Shown one piece after another: positions 8,496-17,371 of a DNA stretch of 64,000 nt. This DNA is from Patescibacteria group bacterium (GTDB lineage: Bacteria > Patescibacteriota > Patescibacteriia > Patescibacteriales > JAQTRU01). The stretch is from positions 8,958-72,957 of the forward strand of contig JBAZPX010000002.1 of the NCBI GenBank assembly GCA_041645555.1. The letters are read 5' to 3'. The notes under the pieces were generated by a model. That model did not search any database. It had not been told where the DNA came from and worked only from the letters and a program-made list of their open reading frames with translations. The position numbers and the translations under genes are program-made. The first letter of the stretch is position 1; every line of letters begins with the position of its first letter.

Positions 8496-10094
8496 ATGGC
8501 AGAAAATAAAAAACAAATAACTAGGCCTAAACCCGTTGTTTTAGTTGTGCTTGACGGCTGGGGAGTGACTCAGCCTTATAGCGGGAACGCAATTAGCCAG
8601 GCCAATACCCCCAACTTTAATGATTTAGTCGCTCACTATCCGTCTATGACCCTGCGGGCTTCCGGTGAAGCCGTGGGCCTGCCCTGGGGCGAAGCCGGCA
8701 ATAGCGAAGTCGGCCACCTTAATTTAGGCCTGGGCAGAATTATCTACCAGGACCTGCCCAGAATTAATAAAGCCATAAGCGACAATAGTTTTTATAAAAA
8801 TGAAGTTTTTTTAAAAGCGATTGACCATGCCAAGGCCAATAATTCTAAATTACATTTCTTGGGCTTGGTTTCTTCCGGTAATGTCCATGCCTCGATTGAG
8901 CATCTGTATGCCCTCTTAGCTTTAGCTAAAGAAAAGAAAGTTAAAGAAGCTTATATCCATGTTATTCTGGACGGACGGGACACCCCGTATAACAGCGGCG
9001 TTAGTTTTATGAAAGACCTTAACCATTATATAGCTGAGTGCGGGATAGGCAAAATTGCCACGGTGGCCGGACGGTTTTACGCTATGGACCGTGATAACCA
9101 TTGGGACAGGACGGCCAAGGCTTATGCGGCGATTGTGGAGGGCAAGGGCAACCAGGGAGAGGAAGTCATAAAAGTTTTAGAAGAAAGCTATAAGAAAAAA
9201 ATATATGATGAAGAATTTGTTCCGACAGTAATTATGGAAAAGGGCAAGCCGGTAGCTATGGTGGAAAACGGCGACAGTCTGATATTTCTTAATTTCCGGC
9301 CGGATCGGGCCAGGCAGATTACCAGAGCTTTTGTTTTGCCCGGTTTTAACAAGTTTGCCGGCTGGAAATATTTTGATAATTTATTTTTTGCCGGCTTTAC
9401 TGAATACGAAAAAGAGTTGCCGGCCGAAATTGCTTTTCCGCCTGAAGCAATCGCTAATACTTTGGGGGAAGTAATTTCTAAGAGCAAACTGAAACAACTG
9501 CGGATTGCGGAAACGGAAAAGTACGCCCATGTCACTTATTTTTTTAACGGCGGCCGGGAAGAGAAGAGCGAGGGAGAGGAGCATGAATTAGCGCCGTCGC
9601 CCGCCGTTATCAGCTATGATTTAAAACCGGAGATGTCGGCTTTTGAGGTTACGGAAAAAGTAGAGAAGGCCATAGATAACGAGGCCTTTGATTTTATTCT
9701 GATTAATTTTGCCAACGCTGATATGGTCGGGCATACGGGAAACCTGGCCGCGGCGATAAAAGCCGTTGAAGCAGTTGACAATTGCCTTGGTAAAATTATT
9801 AAAAGGGTCTTGGATAAAAACGGGACGATTCTAGTGACGGCCGACCATGGCAACGCCGAGATGATGTTTAATATGCAGACCGGCATGATAGACAAGGAAC
9901 ACACGGCTAACCCGGTGCCGTTTATTCTTATAGGCAAGCAGTTTGAGGGTAAAACCATCGGTTTTAAAGAGATCCCGGGCAGTGATTTAAGCTTGGTAAA
10001 GCCGCAGGGGATTCTGTCCGATATAGCGCCGACAGTGCTTAAGATAATGGGGCTGTCTAAGCCAAAGGATATGACCGGTCGAAGCTTATTTTAA
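8496..10094 (+). CDS. gpmI: 2,3-bisphosphoglycerate-independent phosphoglycerate mutase (paralog 2)
   Basis: Same motif set (LDGWG, GNSEVGH, RFYAMDR, ETEKYAHVTYFFNGG, ADHGN). ATG at 8496 preferred over TTG at 8490. Confidence 0.9.
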   Translation: MAENKKQITRPKPVVLVVLDGWGVTQPYSGNAISQANTPNFNDLVAHYPSMTLRASGEAVGLPWGEAGNSEVGHLNLGLGRIIYQDLPRINKAISDNSFYKNEVFLKAIDHAKANNSKLHFLGLVSSGNVHASIEHLYALLALAKEKKVKEAYIHVILDGRDTPYNSGVSFMKDLNHYIAECGIGKIATVAGRFYAMDRDNHWDRTAKAYAAIVEGKGNQGEEVIKVLEESYKKKIYDEEFVPTVIMEKGKPVAMVENGDSLIFLNFRPDRARQITRAFVLPGFNKFAGWKYFDNLFFAGFTEYEKELPAEIAFPPEAIANTLGEVISKSKLKQLRIAETEKYAHVTYFFNGGREEKSEGEEHELAPSPAVISYDLKPEMSAFEVTEKVEKAIDNEAFDFILINFANADMVGHTGNLAAAIKAVEAVDNCLGKIIKRVLDKNGTILVTADHGNAEMMFNMQTGMIDKEHTANPVPFILIGKQFEGKTIGFKEIPGSDLSLVKPQGILSDIAPTVLKIMGLSKPKDMTGRSLF

Positions 10095-10119
10095 AGTTAT
10101 TTTTTCCTACCGGAAAAAA

Positions 10120-10180
10120 GCCGTACTATCCCGCTAAGCGGGACGGCACACCCGCCCGACCGCTGACAGCGTCAGGCGGG
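10120..10180 (+). repeat. two tandem GC-rich nested hairpins
   Basis: GCCGT..CCCGC-TAA-GCGGG..ACGGC, then CCCGCCCGAC..CGCTGACAGCG..GTCAGGCGGG. A GC island in an AT-rich spacer. Confidence 0.5.
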
Positions 10181-10224
10181 CGCGGTGCGAATTACTGATT
10201 TTTTATATTAACTGTGATATTTTT

Positions 10225-10857
10225 ATGCTAATAAATGACGGTAGAAATTTTGTCGACAACCTAAATTTAAAATTCCAGGGGTATCGCGGCGTTATTTTCA
10301 GGCCGATACTGATAATTTTTCATCAACTTGGCCTGTCTGCCAATATTATTACTAATATCAGACTCTTGCTGGGGGTCGTTTTTTTATTCTGGTTTTATTA
10401 CGGCGATGGGTTTTCCGCCGCCTTGTTTCTCCTTTTTATTTTATTTTTAGATACTTTTGACGGAGCGTTGGCAAGATTCCAGAATAAAGCTTCGGACCGG
10501 GGGAAATTTCTTGATATTTTAACAGATTCTATAATTTATTCATTCGCTATCCTGGCGTTGTTTAAATTCGAAATAAATTCTTTTCTTTTGGCTTATAATA
10601 TTTTCATTATTGCCGTTGTCTACCTCCTGGGGACAATAAAAAAACAGGAGTTTAATAAATCCGAGTGGATTATCAGGCCCTATGCCCAGCTAAGCTATCT
10701 CAAAGCGATTGCGATAGTAGCTTTTTTCCTGTTTATTTTTTTCCGCAAAGATTTTCTTTATGAGGCTATCCTTATCAGTAATATTTTGGCGACTTGTTTG
10801 AGCGTTTATTATTTTATTTTTATCCAGATAAGATGGAAAAAAGTTTATGGCGCCTGA
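10225..10857 (+). CDS. CDP-alcohol phosphatidyltransferase family protein
   Basis: Exact DG-x2-AR-x8-G-x3-D-x3-D motif in DTFDGALARFQNKASDRGKFLDILTD. Multi-TM protein. Confidence 0.85.
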   Translation: MLINDGRNFVDNLNLKFQGYRGVIFRPILIIFHQLGLSANIITNIRLLLGVVFLFWFYYGDGFSAALFLLFILFLDTFDGALARFQNKASDRGKFLDILTDSIIYSFAILALFKFEINSFLLAYNIFIIAVVYLLGTIKKQEFNKSEWIIRPYAQLSYLKAIAIVAFFLFIFFRKDFLYEAILISNILATCLSVYYFIFIQIRWKKVYGA

Positions 10858-11392
10858 ACTAAAAATTTTATTGGCGGTATTCTGGCTTTTTTTGCCGGCG
10901 GCTTTCGCGAATATGATCCCGGTTTTTTTAAGGCGGCTGCCCGTGCTGGCCGTGCCTATGGATTTTGGGCGCAGTTTGGCCGGTAAGCGAATTTTCGGAG
11001 ACAACAAAACCTGGCGGGGATTTTTGTCCGGTATTTTAACTTCTTTAGTAGTTATAGAAATTCAAAGTTTTTTATATCCTTTCCCGGCCGGTTTTACCGT
11101 TATTAACTACGATGCCCCCTTTATCGGCTGGCTGGGCCTTGCGATGGGGGCGGGAGCGCTTTTAGGCGATGCCGCCGGCAGTTTTCTAAAAAGGCGATTA
11201 GGGATATTGCCGGGCGGGAACTTGCCCGTAATTGACCAGATAGATTGGATTATCGGGGCAATGCTAACCAGCAGCTTGCTCTATTCGTGGAATTGGGAAA
11301 TTTGGCTGGCCGCCATACTAATGTTTGGCCTCTTACACCCACCAGTTAATATTATCGGTTATTGGTTGTGCTTAAAGCCAAATAAATTTTGA
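10847..11392 (+). CDS. CarS-like (CDP-archaeol synthase family, DUF46) membrane protein
   Basis: PMDFGRSLAGKRIFGDNKTWRGF and GDAAGSFLKRRLG...IDQ blocks align with archaeal CarS. The start overlaps the upstream stop (ATGGCGCCTGA). Confidence 0.75.
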   Translation: MAPELKILLAVFWLFLPAAFANMIPVFLRRLPVLAVPMDFGRSLAGKRIFGDNKTWRGFLSGILTSLVVIEIQSFLYPFPAGFTVINYDAPFIGWLGLAMGAGALLGDAAGSFLKRRLGILPGGNLPVIDQIDWIIGAMLTSSLLYSWNWEIWLAAILMFGLLHPPVNIIGYWLCLKPNKF

Positions 11393-11395
11393 TAT

Positions 11396-12145
11396 ATGAG
11401 AATTTTATTTTTGAACGCCGGCTATGGCATGGGGTTTACTAAAAGCAAACGGCAATATATCACTAGCCTTTGGCGTTATTTAAAACCCGGCAGCAGCTCT
11501 TTAAAAAAAATAGCTTTGCTTATAAAACGGGTGAATCCGGAAATAATCGCTCTGGCGGAAATTGACAGCGGATCAGCCCGGGCGAATTTCATAAATCAGG
11601 TTGATTTTTTAAAGCGGGAAGGTAATTTCGCCGCTAGCATTTTCCAGTGTAAATACAAAAGTAAGCCGCTTAGAAAATTGCCGGTTTCTAAAAATCAGGG
11701 CAATGCTCTTTTAGCCAAGAGGGGATTAGCCGTTTCTCATAAATTTCATTATTTATCTTACGGAGTAAAACGTTTAATGATTGAGGCGGAATTTAAACCG
11801 AATTTCCGCCTTTTTTTGGTCCATTTAGCCTTAGGCCATCGTAGCCGGCAGAGACAAATAAAACAGTTATTGCGTTATGTAAAAGATTTAGAACAGCCAG
11901 TTATTGTCGCTGGTGATTTTAATTTATTAAAGGGGACGAGAGAACTTGATTCTTTTCTTAAGGAAGGTAAATTTTGTTCGGCTAATAAAAACCATCAGCC
12001 GACTTTTCCTTCCTGGAAGCCAAAAAAGGAGCTTGATTTTTTTCTGGTTTCACCACGGATAAAGATTAAAAGTTTTAAGGTTCTGCCCGATATAGTTTCC
12101 GACCATTTGCCGATTTTATTGGAGTTTGAAGTTGACAAAGGTTAA
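11396..12145 (+). CDS. endonuclease/exonuclease/phosphatase (EEP) family protein
   Basis: VAGDFNLL and SDHLPILLEF terminal motifs. Confidence 0.8.
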   Translation: MRILFLNAGYGMGFTKSKRQYITSLWRYLKPGSSSLKKIALLIKRVNPEIIALAEIDSGSARANFINQVDFLKREGNFAASIFQCKYKSKPLRKLPVSKNQGNALLAKRGLAVSHKFHYLSYGVKRLMIEAEFKPNFRLFLVHLALGHRSRQRQIKQLLRYVKDLEQPVIVAGDFNLLKGTRELDSFLKEGKFCSANKNHQPTFPSWKPKKELDFFLVSPRIKIKSFKVLPDIVSDHLPILLEFEVDKG

Positions 12146-12221
12146 AAAAGATGATAGGTTTATTTTTAGTATGATAATTCAATCGCACCTTCCATTCACG
12201 GTTTAGCAGAAAGGAGAACTC

Positions 12222-12476
12222 ATGCCAGAATTGTTGTTGCTGCTTTTCGTGATTTCCGTTTTTGTCCTGGCTATCAAAAGGACCATTTTTTTCTTCTGCG
12301 TTGATAATCTGGCAACCGGGCTGGGATTACTGCTCGCGTTCATTGCCGCTTATAAATGGAAGTTTTATACTTCTTTATCCGGTCAATGTCCCCGTCTCTG
12401 GCTTTGGCTGGCCAGAGGCCGTCTCTTTCTTCTTGGGATGAAGAAACTCCGGGTTGTCCGCCCCAGACCTCCTTAA
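12222..12476 (+). CDS. small hypothetical membrane protein inside the GC-shifted island
   Basis: AAGGAG Shine-Dalgarno 6 nt upstream of the ATG, two hydrophobic helices, and a strong terminator downstream. Confidence 0.4.
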   Translation: MPELLLLLFVISVFVLAIKRTIFFFCVDNLATGLGLLLAFIAAYKWKFYTSLSGQCPRLWLWLARGRLFLLGMKKLRVVRPRPP

Positions 12477-12507
12477 CTGGGCTTAGCTCTCATTCAACAC
12501 AAAAAAA

Positions 12508-12537
12508 ACGTGCGAGAAATCGCGCGTTTTTATTTTT
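12508..12537 (+). terminator. intrinsic terminator
   Basis: ACGTGCGA-GAAA-TCGCGCGT stem-loop followed by TTTTTATTTTT. Confidence 0.7.
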
Positions 12538-12552
12538 GAATTTTTGGTGGAT

Positions 12553-12581
12553 TTGACATAGCTGGTGTTATATGCTATGTT
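12553..12581 (+). promoter_or_regulatory. sigma70-like promoter candidate
   Basis: TTGACA, 17-nt spacer, TATGTT. Confidence 0.4.
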
Positions 12582-12721
12582 AAACCATTATTCTAAAAAA
12601 TAATTTTTAGTTTAATTTCAAGCAGCACATTAAAAAATAGAGTTTTAAATTGCAAGATCATTCGCTGTTCTGCTGAATAGCAGGGCAAAGCCGTCCAAAT
12701 TTACGCAAAGGGGTAAGTAGG

Positions 12722-13837
12722 ATGAAAAATCTCATGGTTATCGCGTTGGCGGTTATTTTTTTCAGTATATCTATGCCGAGTTTTGCGGAGTTCGAGGGGA
12801 CGACTTATGTCCAGGACAATTATACAATGGCCCTCAATGTTCTCAGCAAAGACGGGGAAATTGCAGAGCTGGAGTTCTGGTTCAACCCGTTCGGAGATAT
12901 CCTTCAGGAGGCAGAAGCATTTAAGGTGGGTTTCACGGTTTACGAAAAGACAGGGCGTGAATCTGTCGTTCGGATGCCGGGCGAATACCTGGTGGGGGAA
13001 AATTTCGGATTTTTTCCTGATCCGCACAATGGAAATAGCAGCGTTTGGTGTATCCTTGGCAAGGAATCAAAGATTGGATGGACAATCAAGTCCAACTACG
13101 ATTCCGATAACCCCAAGCCTTCAGTGATAAGGGTTGAGGTTAATAATATCCAAGCAAAAAAAGACCGGAATTGGTTAACTTTATATTCCGGTATCGAGAT
13201 GTATTTTAGCTTCACCACCGTAAAGCCGGACGACCTCAATTTTAACGGTGTACCCTTTGAATTAGAGGACGTGTATATCCTCTATACAATGTTTTTCGAC
13301 ATAAGGACAGACAATATTCATTATTCCCAGGAGGACTTGAATTTCCTTTGCGACATTGACGGAAACAAGATATTCGAAACGGCCGATCTTGACTGGGCCG
13401 TTAAAGTCTTTTTGGCGGCATCGCTGAAATTTGCAGGAAAAGCGGTTCCCGTTTCATGGGAAGAGCAGCTTTTAAGCAAATATCCTGGAGAAGTTGAATC
13501 GATTAAGGCTTTCGTTGGGATGTTAAAGGAAAAAATGCGCGTTCAGACAGCGGTTGAGGAAACTGCCCCGCGACAATTCTACCTCGGCCAGAACTACCCC
13601 AACCCCTTCAATCCGTCCACCACTATTCCGTTTTCCCTTTCGGAATCGGGAAATGCAACAGTCGAAGTCTACACGCTATCCGGACAAAAGATCAGCACTC
13701 TTGCGGATGACTGGATGTCGGCCGGATTACACTCCGTCGTATGGAAACCCCTTTCGGCTGTTGCCAGCGGCGTATATTTCGTACGCTTGCAGGCAGGCCA
13801 ACGGAGTTTAACCAAGCGGATTTTGTTCATGAAGTAA
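12722..13837 (+). CDS. secreted protein with T9SS (Por) type A C-terminal sorting domain
   Basis: Signal peptide MKNLMVIALAVIFFSISMPSFA. The C-terminus LGQNYPNPFNPSTTIPFSL...VYTLSGQKI...GVYFVRLQAG matches the Por_Secre_tail signature. Codon usage is visibly more GC-rich than in neighbouring genes. Confidence 0.85.
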   Translation: MKNLMVIALAVIFFSISMPSFAEFEGTTYVQDNYTMALNVLSKDGEIAELEFWFNPFGDILQEAEAFKVGFTVYEKTGRESVVRMPGEYLVGENFGFFPDPHNGNSSVWCILGKESKIGWTIKSNYDSDNPKPSVIRVEVNNIQAKKDRNWLTLYSGIEMYFSFTTVKPDDLNFNGVPFELEDVYILYTMFFDIRTDNIHYSQEDLNFLCDIDGNKIFETADLDWAVKVFLAASLKFAGKAVPVSWEEQLLSKYPGEVESIKAFVGMLKEKMRVQTAVEETAPRQFYLGQNYPNPFNPSTTIPFSLSESGNATVEVYTLSGQKISTLADDWMSAGLHSVVWKPLSAVASGVYFVRLQAGQRSLTKRILFMK

Positions 13838-13959
13838 GTGAAACAGACCCGTCTGGAAATCTCTCTCTTCTGTTATAGAGGGGGGAGGTTTTTTATATTA
13901 AAAAAGTGTCAAACACGGAATAGCGTGCCAGGCACCTTAAAAATTCAAGCGTTGATTTT

Positions 13960-14391
13960 TTAGAATAGAATATAACCGAATAAACTGACAAAAAATCCTA
14001 TAAGGCCGCCGACTAAAACTTGGGCCGGAGTATGGCCGATTTTTTCTAATAGATGCGGGTAACTCTTATCAAGCATCTGGTCTTCGCCTAAATCCTTGAC
14101 TAAGAGATTGAGAGTTTGGCCGTGCTGGCCAAGGTAGCGGCGGATTCCGGTAGCATCGCGGATGACGATAACCGCGAAGATAAAACTTAAAGCGAAAACA
14201 GGGGAAGAAAGTCCGAATTCAAGAAGAATAATTGTGGCCAGAGATACGACCATGGCGCTATGGCCGGAAGGCATGCCAGCGTAAGAAAGGATATTTTTAA
14301 AGCTGAATTTTTGCCTGTTGGCCTTAAAAAAGTATTTAGCTGATTGGGCGATTATACCCGAGATGATCGGGAGAAGTAAGACGTTATACAT
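13960..14391 (-). CDS. divergent PAP2 (DUF212) family membrane protein
   Basis: GMPSGHSA ... IRDATGIRR ... GHTPAQVLVG motifs. Confidence 0.85.
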   Translation of the reverse strand: MYNVLLLPIISGIIAQSAKYFFKANRQKFSFKNILSYAGMPSGHSAMVVSLATIILLEFGLSSPVFALSFIFAVIVIRDATGIRRYLGQHGQTLNLLVKDLGEDQMLDKSYPHLLEKIGHTPAQVLVGGLIGFFVSLFGYILF

Positions 14392-14480
14392 ATTTTTATG
14401 AATTTCTAATTTCTAATTCACCTAATTTCTAATAAAAGTTAAAAATTCAAAGCTCAAATGCCAAAATCCAAAATTATTTT

Positions 14481-14575
14481 TGACATTTGGATTTTAGATT
14501 TGATTTGTCATTAGTCCGCCAGCTGGCGGATTGACATTTGGATTTTTATTAGGAATTAGAAATTTTAATTTAGGA
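14481..14575. repeat. AT-rich intergenic repeat family B, copy 1, with a nested GC palindrome
   Basis: 14481-14514 is 32/34 identical to 48493-48526, and homology continues. The 16-nt TCCGCCAGCTGGCGGA (14515-14530) is present only in this copy. Confidence 0.7.
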
Positions 14576-14581
14576 ATTTTA

Positions 14582-16765
<2,184 letters not shown>

Positions 16766-16772
16766 TTAAAAA

Positions 16773-17264
16773 ATGGCAGAAGAAGAAAAAAAAGAGCGGA
16801 AAACATCTTTCCACAAAATTTTTTTAGCCTCCATTTTATTAAAAGGCGTTGACGGCATTTTGGAAGTAATAGGCGGTTTTTTGCTATTCCTATTTAATTA
16901 TGGAGACATAAACCGGTTTGTATTTTGGCTGGTCAGGCGAGAACTTAGCGAAGATCCAAAGGATATTATCGCTAATTATTTAGTAAACGCCGCCCAAAGC
17001 TTTTCCCTAGATCTCCAGTTGTTTTTAGCTTTTTATCTTCTTTTCCATGGTCTTATAAAAATAATTTTAGTAATCTCGTTGTGGCAGAAAAAGCTTTGGG
17101 CTTATCCGGCGGCCATTACTTTTCTTTTCTTTTTTATCCTTTATCAGCTTTATCGGTTTAGCTATAGCCATTCCTGGTGGTTAATCTGGATGACAATTTT
17201 TGATATTTTGATCATTTCCCTGGCGCAAAGGGAATATAAAAATTTAAAAAATAAGGAGAAATAA
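16773..17264 (+). CDS. small multi-TM membrane protein (DUF2127-like)
   Basis: Four predicted helices. ILLKGVDGILEVIGGFLLF resembles DUF2127. Confidence 0.5.
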   Translation: MAEEEKKERKTSFHKIFLASILLKGVDGILEVIGGFLLFLFNYGDINRFVFWLVRRELSEDPKDIIANYLVNAAQSFSLDLQLFLAFYLLFHGLIKIILVISLWQKKLWAYPAAITFLFFFILYQLYRFSYSHSWWLIWMTIFDILIISLAQREYKNLKNKEK

Positions 17265-17371
17265 AATGGCCGTAACCGAAAAAGGTTTAATTTTTTTGAA
17301 GATTTTTTATTTGACGTTTTTCACAAAATATGCTATCGTAATAGCAAATAATCAAATAAATTTTATTATCA

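Noticed and set aside
10855-11392. Alternative genetic code (UGA recoding), as known in some CPR lineages.
   Set aside because: UGA terminates well-aligned proteins (the CDP-alcohol transferase at 10855-10857 and the CarS-like protein at 11390-11392). No conserved housekeeping gene needs in-frame UGA read-through, so the standard bacterial code fits.
12783-13127. Overlapping alternative-frame ORFs inside the T9SS-domain gene (12783-13127, 13554-13811, 12701-13027 minus).
   Set aside because: These are a by-product of the higher GC content of this island. The 371-aa frame has the signal peptide and a recognisable C-terminal domain.
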